NCBI GenBank assembly: GCA_964016885.1
Contig: OZ024744.1
Span: forward strand, 111,972,001 to 112,036,000
DNA: 64,000 bases
Direction of reading: 5' to 3'
DNA from: Eledone cirrhosa
Lineage: Eukaryota
Shown: piece after piece, positions 39,250 to 51,535 of the stretch
How positions within the stretch are numbered: position 1 is the stretch's first letter
Layout: every line of letters begins with the position of its first letter
Position numbers and translations under genes: made by a program
The notes under the pieces: generated by a model
What the model was told of the DNA's origin: nothing
What the model saw: only the letters and a program-made list of their open reading frames with translations
The model's database searches: none

Positions 39250-39696
39250 TATCATCATCATCTTTTAACATCTATCTTCCACGCTAGCATGGGTTAGATG
39301 GGAATTGTCGCACTTGAGGCAAGATTGATCTGGTGACCGTGTCTCGCTTGTATCTGAGGTTTTCTATGGCTGGATGCCCTTCCTAACACCAACCACATTT
39401 ACAGTGTGGACTGGGAGCTTTTTACTGTGACACCTCATTAGTTTGGACTGGATGTTCTGTGGTACCAACATAACTTTATAGAGAAAGGGGGGTGTTGATG
39501 GGGGTGGGAGTAGGGGGAGTGAGGTAGAGTGTATATTTGGTTAAGAGATGCTTACTGACTGCAGGTTAACTTTGTACGTAGGGAAGGTGGGACTTCTGTA
39601 TTACTGCGGAGCGCCAAAGGTCTCGATTCAGTGACATTGTCTTAGAGAGGTGTAATTGTACAAAGTCACACTTACACCTCTCTAAGACAATGTCAT
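39250..39696 (-). mobile_element. RTE 3' end fragment, tail-to-tail with the previous copy
   Basis: Homologous to 33688-34180; terminal hairpin at 39632-39695. Confidence 0.8.
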
Positions 39697-39711
39697 ACAT
39701 ATATATATATA

Positions 39712-41936
39712 AGACAAGTTAGAATCGTGTGACATAGATGATAACTGGAAATTCTTACATGACAACTTACTACGGGCTACTGAAGAAACTTGTGGCTGGA
39801 GCAGAGCTCCGATCAGACAGAGGGTGACCTGGTGGTGGAACAGCACCGTAGATAGGGTCAGTAAAGACAAAAGACTAGCATGGAATGCTTGAAAAAATGG
39901 TGGGAGTAGAGACCAATACACATCTGCTAAAAGAGAAGCTAGACGTCAGGTGTACTTAGCACGCAGGAAGGCTGAGAGTAGGAGGTTTGCCAATGTTCTG
40001 CGACGGGAAGTTCAGAGACGTGCGGTGTTCCGCATTGCAAAGCAGTGTGTCAGTGTAAATCAGGATGTTGTTGGAGATAAGTGTGTCTGGAATGATGACG
40101 GTGTACTTAGTGTCATTGATGCTCAGAAAAAGGAGGCCTGGAAATGTCATTATGAGAGACTGATGAATGTGGAGAACAAATGGGAGAGAGAGAAACTACC
40201 CCAGTAGTTCCGACAGAGGGACCAGCTATTGAGATTGACAAATATAGGGTACAAGAGGCAATTAATGAAATGAAAAATGGTAAGGTCGCTGGACCGTCGG
40301 GGATAGTTGCTGAGATGCTGAAGGCATCAGGAGAAGTAGGCACTAAACTGGTTGCACACATTGTCAATCAAGCTATATATGGCGGTGTTATACCCAAAGA
40401 CTGGTGCAGCAGTATTCTCATAAATTGCTACAAAGGTAAAGGGGATACTCTGGAGAGGAGCAATTATAGGGGCATAAAACTGATGGATCAGGTTATGAAA
40501 GTGGCAGAAAGGATATTAGCGCAATTAATTAGAGAAAGGGTCAAATTAGATGAGATGCAGTTTGGTTTTGTGCCTGGGAAAAGTACAACAGATGCCCTCT
40601 TCTTAGTGAGACAACTACAAGAGAGGTTCTTAGAGAAGAATAAGCCACTATATTTAGCTTTTGTTGACCTAGAGAAGGCCTTTGATAGCGTATCCCGATC
40701 TGTCATCTGGTGCTCCCTAAGGAAACTAGGTGTTGAGGAATGGTTTGTGAGGACAGTGCAAGCTATGTACAGAGGTGCTGTCAGTAAAGTGAGGGTAGGA
40801 ATGGAGTTTAGTGAGGAATTCCAGATACAAGTAGGAGTACACCAGGGTTCGGTCCTCAGCCCGCTCTTGTTCATTATAGTCCTTCAAGCCATAATAAAGG
40901 AGTTTAGATTGGCTGTCTATGGGAACTTCTCTATGCTGACGATCTGGTACTTATCACAGAATCAGTAGGGGAGCTAGAGAATAACTTCAGGCTATGGAAA
41001 CAGCAGTTGGAATCAAGAGGACTGAGAGTAAACCTAGCTAAGACAAAGGTGTTGATAAGTAGGAAAAAGGACAAAACATTGATTCCATCAGGGAAATGGT
41101 CATGTTCAATATGTAGGAAAGGAACAGCCATAAATTCTATAAAATATACACAATGCAGATCTTGGGTACACAAGAGATGTAGTGGGATAGCAGGCAAACT
41201 AACAGGTAGGGAAAAATATGTATGCAATACATGTACTGGGAAATTTGATAGTAGAAGTCGCATTGATAGATACATTTTTCAAATGCAGGTAGGACCTATA
41301 GAGGTGGTTGATAGCTTCCGATACGTAGGTGATCAAATTAGTAAGGGAGGAGGGTGCTCCGAGGCCATAGTATCTAGAATAAGGATGGGCTGGAAAAAGT
41401 TTAGGGAACTGCTTCCTCTGTTGACAAAGAAAGGTTTCTCCCTACGAATGAAAGGCCGGTTATATGATGCCTGTTTGAGATGCGCGATGCTGCATGGTAG
41501 TGAGACATGGGCAACAACTGCGGATGATATGTGACGGCTGGAGAGAAATGAAGCAAGCATGCTCCATTGGATGTGTAATGTCAATGTGCGTGAACGACCA
41601 AGCATTGTTGAGAGAGAAACTGTGTATAAGAGGGATAAGTTGTGGTGTGTGGAAGAGAAGGCTGCGTTGGTATTGACATGTGATGCGCATGGAAGATGAC
41701 AGCTGGGTAAAGAAGTGTCAAGAAATCCCAGTAGAAGGAAGATGCAGTCGAGGAAGACCACGAAAAACATGGGCAGTGGTGGTGAGAGCAGACCTCAGAT
41801 CACTGAAGCTCACGGAGGAGATGACGAAGGACTGTTACAAGTGGAGAGATGCTGTGCTGAATAGGACCTGTCCCACCCTTGCAAGCAAGCAAGCAGGGAA
41901 AAGCGGACGTAAAATGATGATGATGATGATGATGAT
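39712..41936 (+). mobile_element. Degenerate RTE LINE, diverged PHD-type subfamily with almost no 3'UTR
   Basis: ORFs 40180-40968 and 41007-41534; ends CCCACCCTTGCAAG...GGACGTAAAA(TGA)n. Confidence 0.92.
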
Positions 41937-42133
41937 ATATATATAGTTTAATGGATTATAACTTTATGTTATTGTTTGTTCACCAACTTAAGCACTCGAT
42001 ACATACAACCACACACTGCCCTCCTCCCTGGGGCTATTCCCCCCCCCTACTATATATATATATATTTTTTTTTTTTCACTTCCCTAACCTCCTCTTACTA
42101 CCCTTACATGTATCTGTTCTCTCTGTATCCGAA

Positions 42134-42171
42134 CTTTCCTGAAAAAGGACTTCTGTCTGAAACATCAAAAG
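42134..42171 (+). ncRNA. Decayed minimal hammerhead motif
   Basis: ctttc-CTGAAAA-aggac ttct gtct-GAAA-ca-TC-aaaag; core G8 is changed to A. Confidence 0.35.
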
Positions 42172-42248
42172 CTCCTCCACTTCCACCAAGCGTGAACCTA
42201 ATATAACTGTGTAAAAGTTGCCTCCTGTGTTTTGTTTGTTTCATCTAT

Positions 42249-42300
<52 letters not shown>

Positions 42301-42304
<4 letters not shown>

Positions 42305-42630
42305 AAGTTTTATTTAAATTGTTGGATTAACAACGAGTAAATATTTATAACTGATATAAAAGCACTCAACAGGTATTTGGAGTATATTTACGATATTAAA
42401 TAAATGGAAACTATATTTATAAAACCATATTTATTTCATTATATATATTTCAGGGATAACATATTAAAAATATGGTATGCCTTCTTCAGACAAAATACAA
42501 TATAAACAGACTGTTTATATTGTATTTTGTCTGAAGAAGGCATACCATATTTTTAATATGTTATCCCTGAAATATATATAATGAAATAAATATGGTTTTA
42601 TAAATATAGTTTCCATTTATTTAATATCGT
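42301..42630. mobile_element. Perfect 241-bp palindromic double-hammerhead element
   Basis: 120-bp arms at 42390-42509 and 42511-42630. Minus HHR at 42432-42497; plus HHR at 42523-42588 (CTGAAGA...GAAA-tatata-TA). A 90-nt tail lies at 42301-42389; (TA)n flanks. Confidence 0.88.
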
Positions 42631-42833
42631 ATATATATATATATATATATTGATGCATGTATACACAAACACATACCCCCCCCCCCCCCATATATACATA
42701 TATATGGAAAATGAGAACAATGGATTTATCAAGATATAGTCCAACAATATAGGTCATCCATCACATTAGTGATATCTATTTCTGTAATCAGAGTATTTAT
42801 AACTGGGTGTAGAAGTAATCTTTATTAAAACAT

Positions 42834-42960
<127 letters not shown>

Positions 42961-43125
42961 CGGGAGGTGGGGATAGAATATTAATTTTAATTATCATCTT
43001 TATTTAAACATAAGAAAGATAAGTGTAGAAAGATTTTCTAGAACAGATGTTTTAAATAACAAGATGAATTGCTCTCTCTCTCTCACTGACTTGATTCAAT
43101 GTCATCTGACTCTGTATTATATACA

Positions 43126-43262
43126 CAAGTATTTGAACCTCCATCAGTTTCAACAAGTATTTGAACCTCCATCAGTTTCAACAAGTATTTGAACCTCCAT
43201 CAGTTTCAACAAGTATTTGAACCTCCATCAGTTTCAACAAGTATTTGGACCTCCATCAGTTT
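43126..43262. repeat. 28-bp tandem repeat, about 5 copies
   Basis: Unit CAAGTATTTGAACCTCCATCAGTTTCAA. Confidence 0.95.
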
Positions 43263-43441
43263 TTATGATGATTGCTCCAAATGTTTGGATAAGAGATCAA
43301 CATTCTTGTGGAATTAACATCCATGTTAGCTGAGTATTTCATAAACACACATACCCTTAATCTAGTTATCTGGGAGATTCAGGGTATGATAATGCCTGTC
43401 CTTTGAATTACAGGTTCTGTCCATCTTGTATTATAATGGAA

Positions 43442-43630
43442 GTGGATTGGCAGTATCGGTAGAACGTCAGACACCATGCTTTGCAGCATAGAGTTATGGC
43501 CCTTTACGTTCTGAATTCAAATCCCGCCGAGGTTAATTTTGCCTTTCATCCTTACGGGATCAATAAAATAAAGTACCAGTAATGCACTGGGATAATTGCT
43601 GGCCTTGTGCCAAACATAGAAACAATTATA
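43442..43630 (+). mobile_element. SINE family B (Meta-domain-like core)
   Basis: B-box-like (G/A)TTCAAATCC and core TTTGCCTTTCATCCTTACGGG..C.ATAAAATAAAGTACCAG; TSD ATTATAATGGAAGTGG at 43430-43445 / 43625-43640. Confidence 0.85.
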
Positions 43631-44206
43631 ATGGAAGTGGCTGAGTGTTCCAGATAAACATACATTTAATTTACTTCTCAGGAAGATTCAGTTCAACATG
43701 GTTGAATAAGCCTCTATGTAGTAGCTCAATCTGCTAAAAATAGCAGCTAAATCTACCTAAAATCACATTTGCTATCTTAGAAAGGGAAGTAAACATTGAA
43801 TAAGGTAATCCTAGATATACTCTGAATAAAAGACGGTTGCAATTTGAATGTATTTGATCATATGTCTGACCAACAGGGGCTGTCCTTGGGTTAAACAACA
43901 CAACAAAGCAACCCCAGATTTACATTTTAATGTTACTAACGCTTTTGATACCTGAAACCACCCCTGGTTCTATGATACAAAACCATTTCTTTTAAAGTAT
44001 TTATCTATCACTATCACAAACTGAAATAAGTAAAATGAGTATATATATATATATCCCACAATGGTACTACTGGGAGAGATGGAGCAATGGGTGACAACTG
44101 TTAGCTCTCAAGAAAACTCTCACAACTCAGTGATGCAGCCATGACGAGGCGAGTAAAGGCCATTTCTAAAAAAAGCCTAGTCTTTGCGGGTTTAAGAAAG
44201 TACCAG

Positions 44207-44248
<42 letters not shown>

Positions 44249-44419
44249 GAAACAGTGGGTAAAGTTCTATACAAATTGAAGATTATAGGTAAAACGAAAG
44301 TAGATTTGTAGATAAAAATATGAAAGAAAGATCAAATAAAAACAGCTAAAAGTGAATATTAAAATAATTGAAATTTCTATTGAAAATACAAAGCTAAATA
44401 TATAAATGAAAAATGGATA

Positions 44420-44606
44420 ATAATTGTTTCTACTTTAGGCACAAGGCCAGCAATTACCCAGTGCATTACTGGTACTTTATTTTATCGACCCCGTAAGGAT
44501 GAAAGGCAAAGTCAACCTCGGCGGGATTTGAACTCAGATCGTAAAGGGACGTAACTATGCTGGAAAGCATGGCGTCCGACCCTCTACCGATACTGCCAAT
44601 CCACCG
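44420..44606 (-). mobile_element. SINE family B
   Basis: Reverse complement of 43442-43630; flanking repeat TGGATAATAAT. Confidence 0.85.
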
Positions 44607-44973
44607 AAAAGTGGATAATAATAATATAAAAAAGTACTGTTGATGCAAGTTGTTTAATTGGATCAGTAAGAAATATCTGGGAAGTCATTGATATAGAGGA
44701 CACCTAAAGACTTGGACAATCTAAAATTAAACAGAAACAAACATTTGGGCTATTAAGTGGAATGGTGAAAATATTTTAAATGAAGGAGATGACACAGAAT
44801 CAAGATGACTGATGACACAAGATTAAGTTGACTGGTGACACTCTGGATGAGAGACTCACCATCCTATGTGTGTGGGGGGGGGGGGGGGAATGGACTGGTG
44901 GACATTTGGTCTTTTGTCTTCACCACACCCTTTCCTCGTCCAACCCATGCCAGTATAGAAAAAAAGAAGTGCT

Positions 44974-45600
44974 ATGGCATGGCCCAACCTCCTCACCCAC
45001 ACACCCAACAATGGCATGGCCCAACCTCCTCACCCACACACCCAACAATGGCATGGCCCAACCTCCTCACCCACACACCCAACAATGGCATGGTCCAACC
45101 TCCTCACCCACACACGCAACAATGGCATGGCCCAACCTCCTCACCCACACACCCAACAATGGCATGGCTAAAACCTCCTCACCCACACACCCAACAATGG
45201 CATGGCCCAACCTCCTCACCCACACACCCAACAATGGCATGGCCCAACCTCCTCACCCACACACCCAACAATGGCATGGCCCAACCTCCTCACCCACATG
45301 CAACAATGGCATGGCCCAACCTCCTCACCCACACACCCAACAATGGCATGGCCCAACCTCCTCACCCACACGCAACAATGGCATGGCCCAACCTCCTCAC
45401 CCACACGCAACAATGGCATGGCCCAACCTCCTCACCCACACACCCAACAATGGCATGGCCCAACCTCCTCACCCACACACCCAACAATGGCATGGCTAAA
45501 CCCTCCTCACCCACACACCCAACAATGGCAGGGCCCAACCTCCTCACCCACACACCCAACAATGGCATGGCCCAACCTCCTCACCCACACGCAACAATGC
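44974..45600. repeat. 37-bp minisatellite ATGGCATGGCCCAACCTCCTCACCCACACACCCAACA, about 17 copies
   Basis: Period 37, with shorter variants. Confidence 0.95.
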
Positions 45601-45918
45601 CTTACTAGCGTGGAGGGTACCTCTGTATGTATGTGTATATGTAGGTGTGCACATGTTTGTATGTATAAATCATAAATAGGAGTTTGAAAACCTCTTTACA
45701 TATATTTACTGCAATATTATAGATGCCAGTAAATATAGCACAGCTTGAAAAAATAAATAACAGCAATAATAATACAAACAACAATATACACCCACACCCC
45801 TGGGCACCATATGGGAAGAGGGCTGGGGTAGAGATGAGGTAATTAATATGAGACTTAACCAATGTATTGATCTTTTTTATTATAACACTGCCTCAGTCTC
45901 TCACACTCTCGCTCTCTG

Positions 45919-45961
<43 letters not shown>

Positions 45962-46261
45962 GACACATATAGACACACACACCTACTGACATGCAGAATC
46001 ACATACAGTCAGGCCAAAGACATATATATACTCACACAGACACGCATACAGTAAGATACAGAGAGAAACACACTCATGCACACACGCACACGCACACACA
46101 CACACACACACAACATCCAAGTGTGAGGGTATGAGAAAAAAAAGCCACATTCACTTGGAAGAAGGATTGATGTAAGGTAAAAAAAACAAAAACAGCAAAG
46201 CTTGTGCCATAGAATGGCCGCAGCTCATGGGCTGGAACAGGTAAAGAATTAAAAAGAAACA

Positions 46262-46632
46262 AGGTTTAGTGGTTAGAGCATTGGGCTTGCAATCGAAAGG
46301 TTGTGAGTTCAATTCTCGGACCGGGTGATGTGTTGTTTCCTTGAGCAAGACACTTTATTTAACATTGCTCCAGTTTACTCAGCTGTAGAAATGAGATGAT
46401 AGGGACTGGGGTCCCTAACATTCCACTGCAAAGTGGTCGTGGAGGTGCCACGGCAAAAAAAGTACCCAGCACTTACTGTAAATGAGGTTGGTGTTAGGAA
46501 GGGCATCCAGCTGTAGAAATCAAGCCAGAATCAGTTCCAGTATGAGCAAGACATGGTCAGCCGACTGGACACTGCCCACAACAGGACAACCCGTCTAAAT
46601 CATGCTAGCGTGGAACAACAGACGTGAAACGG

Positions 46633-46661
<29 letters not shown>
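46262..46661 (+). mobile_element. SINE family A (long tail)
   Basis: tRNA-like head; tail matches RTE 3'UTR at 38980-39249. Confidence 0.88.
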
Positions 46662-46663
<2 letters not shown>

Positions 46664-47204
46664 ATATATAAGTATATACATATAATAGAATTAGAATTTA
46701 GCTTCAAACATAGCTGTATACAAATATGTATTTGAATTTCGTATTTCTAAAGAAATAGAGTATGTTTATAAATAAATATTTAGAAAGTCATAGCTATGCA
46801 AAAACACTGGCAGCTGACGCCACCCAGCGGTCGCCGGCAAAAGCAAGGGGTACGGACAATGATCGATGGATTTCGAACTGAACTGCTTCTTGTCAGGATG
46901 ATCTCTCTCACACTTGCAACTGCTGGAGTTTGAAAACAGGCGAGAATATATAGTTTTCTCGTCTGTGTAAATGAGAAGATTAATCTCATTTGCATATAAA
47001 GTTGTATAAGTTGGCTCAACATATAATAGAATAGAATTAGAATTTAGCTTCAAACAGAGCTATATACAAATATGTATTATAGTTTCGTATTTCTAAAGAA
47101 ACAAGGTATGTTTATAGATAAACATTTAGAAAGCCGAAATTAACACAAGACAAAAATACTATATATGTTTTCAAAGTCCAGCAGTTAGTTGCAAGAGTGG
47201 GAGA

Positions 47205-47250
47205 GATTGTCCTGATGAGGACCAGTCAAGTTCGAAATGCATCGACGATT
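47205..47250 (+). ncRNA. Minimal type I hammerhead ribozyme
   Basis: gattgtc-CTGATGA-ggac cagtcaa gttc-GAAA-tgca-TC-gacgatt; decayed inverted partner at 46858-46903. Confidence 0.8.
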
Positions 47251-47629
47251 GTCCCCCTTGCTTTTGCCAGGTACCACTGGGTGACGTTAGCTGCCACTGT
47301 GTTATTCATAACTATGGCTTTCTAAATGTTTATTTATAAACATACCATATTTCTTATAAATAAATACTCATATAAATACATATGTACATATACATACACA
47401 CATATCATCATCATCATCATCATTTTACGTCTGCTTTTCCCTGCACACACACACACACAGATATAAATATATATGATGGCTGCAAACTCTGCTAAGAGTA
47501 TTGTAATTTCTTGTCAGATTATAGAGTTTGGTCCACTTTTAGGCTATGGCCAGCCACATGAACCTGCAACATATCCTAAACTAGCAATACCTGTGCTTTG
47601 AAATTTTTTTTCATATATATACATATATG

Positions 47630-48007
47630 GAGGCACATGGCTTAGTGGTTAGAGCATTGGCCTTGCAATCGAAAGGTTGTGAGTTCAATTCTCAGACCGG
47701 GTGATGTGTTGTTTCCTTGAGCAAGACACTTTATTTCACATTGCTCCAGTTTACTCAGCTGTAGAAATGAGATGATAGGGACTGGGGTCCCTATCATTCC
47801 ACTGCAAAGTGGTCGTGGAGGTGCCACAGCAAAAAAGCACCCAGCACTCACTGTAAATGAGGTTGGTGTTAGGAAGGGCATCCAGCTGTAGAAATCAAGC
47901 CAGAATCAGTTCCAGTATGAGCAAGACATGGTCAGCCGACTGGACACTGCCCACAACAGGACAACCCGTCTAAATCATGCTAGCGTGGAACAACAGACGT
48001 GAAACGG

Positions 48008-48037
<30 letters not shown>
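47630..48037 (+). mobile_element. SINE family A, chimeric copy
   Basis: Head identical to the 49005 copy; tail identical to the 46262 copy. Confidence 0.88.
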
Positions 48038-48038
<1 letters not shown>

Positions 48039-48579
48039 ATATATAAGTATATACATATAATAGAATTAGAATTTAGCTTCAAACATAGCTGTATACAAAT
48101 ATGTATTTGAATTTCGTATTTCTAAAGAAATAGAGTATGTTTATAAATAAATATTTAGAAAGTCATAGCTATGCAAAAACACTGGCAGCTGACGCCACCC
48201 AGCGGTCGCCGGCAAAAGCAAGGGGTACGGACAATGATCGATGGATTTCGAACTGAACTGCTTCTTGTCAGGATGATCTCTCTCACACTTGCAACTGCTG
48301 GAGTTTGAAAACAGGCGAGAATATATAGTTTTCTCGTCTGTGTAAATGAGAAGATTAATCTCATTTGCATATAAAGTTGTATAAGTTGGCTCAACATATA
48401 ATAGAATAGAATTAGAATTTAGCTTCAAACAGAGCTATATACAAATATGTATTATAGTTTCGTATTTCTAAAGAAACAAGGTATGTTTATAGATAAACAT
48501 TTAGAAAGCCGAAATTAACACAAGACAAAAATACTATATATGTTTTCAAAGTCCAGCAGTTAGTTGCAAGAGTGGGAGA

Positions 48580-48625
48580 GATTGTCCTGATGAGGACCAG
48601 TCAAGTTCGAAATGCATCGACGATT
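48580..48625 (+). ncRNA. Duplicate of the 47205-47250 hammerhead
   Basis: Identical sequence at +1375. Confidence 0.8.
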
Positions 48626-49004
48626 GTCCCCCTTGCTTTTGCCAGGTACCACTGGGTGACGTTAGCTGCCACTGTGTTATTCATAACTATGGCTTTCTAA
48701 ATGTTTATTTATAAACATACCATATTTCTTATAAATAAATACTCATATAAATACATATGTACATATACATACACACATATCATCATCATCATCATCATTT
48801 TACGTCTGCTTTTCCCTGCACACACACACACACAGATATAAATATATATGATGGCTGCAAACTCTGCTAAGAGTATTGTAATTTCTTGTCAGATTATAGA
48901 GTTTGGTCCACTTTTAGGCTATGGCCAGCCACATGAACCTGCAACATATCCTAAACTAGCAATACCTGTGCTTTGAAATTTTTTTTCATATATATACATA
49001 TATG

Positions 49005-49343
49005 GAGGCACATGGCTTAGTGGTTAGAGCATTGGCCTTGCAATCGAAAGGTTGTGAGTTCAATTCTCAGACCGGGTGATGTGTTGTTTCCTTGAGCAAG
49101 ACACTTTATTTCACATTGCTCCAGTTTACTCAGCTGTAGAAATGAGATGATAGGGACTGGGGTCCCTATCATTCCACTGCAAAGTGGTCGTGGAGGTGCC
49201 ACAGCAAAAAAGCACCCAGCACTCACTGTAAATGAGGTTGGTGTTAGGAAGGGCATCCAGCTGTAGAAATCAAGCCAGAATCAGTTCCCATCCCACCCTT
49301 GCAAGTAGGGAAAAGTGGACGTAAAATGATGATGATGATGATG

Positions 49344-49344
<1 letters not shown>
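49005..49344 (+). mobile_element. SINE family A (short tail)
   Basis: tRNA-like head; tail CCCACCCTTGCAAG..GGGAAAAGTGGACGTAAAA(TGA)n. Confidence 0.88.
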
Positions 49345-49374
<30 letters not shown>

Positions 49375-49454
49375 AATCAGGCCGATCAGTCACTGTGTAT
49401 TTTTGAAAATAGCATATATTTTCACTAGCTCTGATAGTTTGGCAGGTGAACAGT

Positions 49455-49504
49455 GAGCTGTACTGATGAAGTGTGATACCCAGAAACATTAGTGTCTGCA
49501 GTTC
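49455..49504 (+). ncRNA. Type I hammerhead ribozyme
   Basis: gagctgta-CTGATGA-agtgt gat accca-GAAA-ca ttag tg-TC-tgcagttc; 8-bp stem I and GUC cleavage triplet; stem II is weak. Confidence 0.7.
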
Positions 49505-49641
49505 TGTTCTCATGCCAACACAAGAGCAAGAATGAAGTGTTCATTCTACTGACATGGCTATAAAATTGAGGCTTCTTTACAAACGAATCGAATGTCATTA
49601 CTAATATTCGAAAAACTCAGATTACATTTATTATATATATA

Positions 49642-50752
49642 TAATTGTTTCTACTTTAGGCACCAGGCCAGCAATTACCCAGTGTATTACTGGTACTTTA
49701 TTTTATCGACCCCGTATATATATATATATATATAATTGTTTCTACTTTAGGCACAAGGCCAGCAATTACCCAGTGCATTACTGGTACTATATATAATGGT
49801 GGTGGATTGGCAGTATAAGTAGAGGGTCAGACGCCATGCTTTGCAGCACAGTTACGTCCCTTTATGAACTGAGTTCAAATCCCGCCGAGGTTAACTTTGC
49901 CTTTCATCCTTACGGGGTCGATAAAATAAAGTACCAGTAATGCACTGGGTTATTGCTGGCCTTGTGCCAAAAGTAGAAACAATTATATATATATATATAT
50001 ACACATACACACAAACACACATACATATATATATATATACACATGCACACATACATATATATATATATATACACATGCACACATACATATATATATATAT
50101 ACACATGCACACATACATATATATATATAAATATACATTGAAGCTGGTGGTTCACCACTAAGATAGAACCCTTCATTCTGTACTTAACCATGATGCAATA
50201 GTATGAAAGCACTCAACATTAGGCAACTCAATCATCTTTGGCATAAGATTCTGTTGGTGGACGGCGTTAAACATTATTATTGAATCGGACGCCATGCTTT
50301 TGACGCAAAGAGTTACGGCCCTTGCCATTCTGAGTTCAAATCCCGCCAAGGTTAACTTTGCCTTTCATCCTTACGGGGTCGATAAAATAAAGTACCAGTA
50401 ATGCACTGGGGTAATTGCTGGCCTTGTGCCAAAAGTAGAAACAATTATTATTATTATTGGAGAGTTACGGCCCTTTATGGTCTGAGTTCAAATCCCACCG
50501 AGGTTAACTTTGCCTTTCATCCTTACGGGGTCGATAAAATAAAGTACCAGTAATGCACTGGGTAATTGCTGGCCTTGTGCCAAAAGTAGAAACAATTATT
50601 ATTATTATTGGAGAGTTACGGTCCTTTATGGTCTGAGTTCAAATCCCACCGAGGTTAACTTTGCCTTTCATCCTTACGGGGATCGATAAAATAAAGTACC
50701 AGTAATGCACTGGGTAATTGCTGGCCTTGTGCCAAAAGTAGAAACAATTATT
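49642..50752. mobile_element. Cluster of SINE B copies
   Basis: Two minus 3' fragments (49642-49790), a full plus copy (49800-49985) and a tandem trimer (50285-50752). Confidence 0.85.
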
Positions 50753-51535
50753 GAAAAAGCGACAGCCAAAGATTTGAAATTCCTTTAAAGTATTTATTCA
50801 GCAGGCACTAATAGAACTTCAGCTTTCCAGCCTTCTGGCGCTTCATTCAATATTGTATACATATACATATATATTGATTAGATTACATGGATTGATTTTA
50901 AGCTACACTCTACAGAATATAAAATAGTGCTATAAGGTCTCTCTAATGATTCCATCAGAGTACATATTCTTCTATGAAATATGTATATATATATATATAT
51001 ATACATATACATACATGTATACATATATATATATATATATATACTCACATACACATACATACATATATATATACATACATACATATATAGTGTGTTTTGA
51101 ATTACAGGAGTTGAAAACCACTTTGGTGCCATGTATACAATCTATGAACAAATGGAAAATACATAATAACCGGAAAAAATATTCTTTTACTATATACACC
51201 ATGTGAGATATTTAGTTACCTAAATTATCTCTAGGTGTGCTGTTTGTACAATCCTTACTCCTGTTGAGAAACCCTGGGATTCTGTGACACAGCCACTAAT
51301 TTATGGTGAAACAAACTCTACCTGTAGTTTGTCCAGGAGTTCAATAGTTATTGAAATAGTTGGTACATTTTAATCCATCTTTTTCCAGTTATTATGTATT
51401 TTCCGTTTTTTTCGTAGATTATATATATATTGCACTATAGTGGTTTTTCAACCCATGTACTTCAAAACAAACTTCTTTCTGTGTATATTTCTATATATTA
51501 TATTATAAAGTGCTCGGTTTTTATACTTTGAGTTC

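Larger units (their letters stand above)
46475..49288. repeat. 1375-bp near-perfect tandem duplication bounded by SINE A copies
   Basis: Constant offset of 1375 (identical ORFs 46766/48141 and 47642/49017). Confidence 0.95.

Noticed and set aside
44828-45675. Pro/His-rich ORFs in three frames
   Set aside because: Products of the 37-bp minisatellite.
47630-47702. Functional tRNA gene (TGC anticodon-like loop)
   Set aside because: It is the head of a multi-copy SINE. The acceptor stem does not close and it continues into SINE core and tail.
50915-50970. Minus-strand CTGATGG...GAGAC hammerhead-like motif
   Set aside because: Two core mismatches and unconvincing stems.
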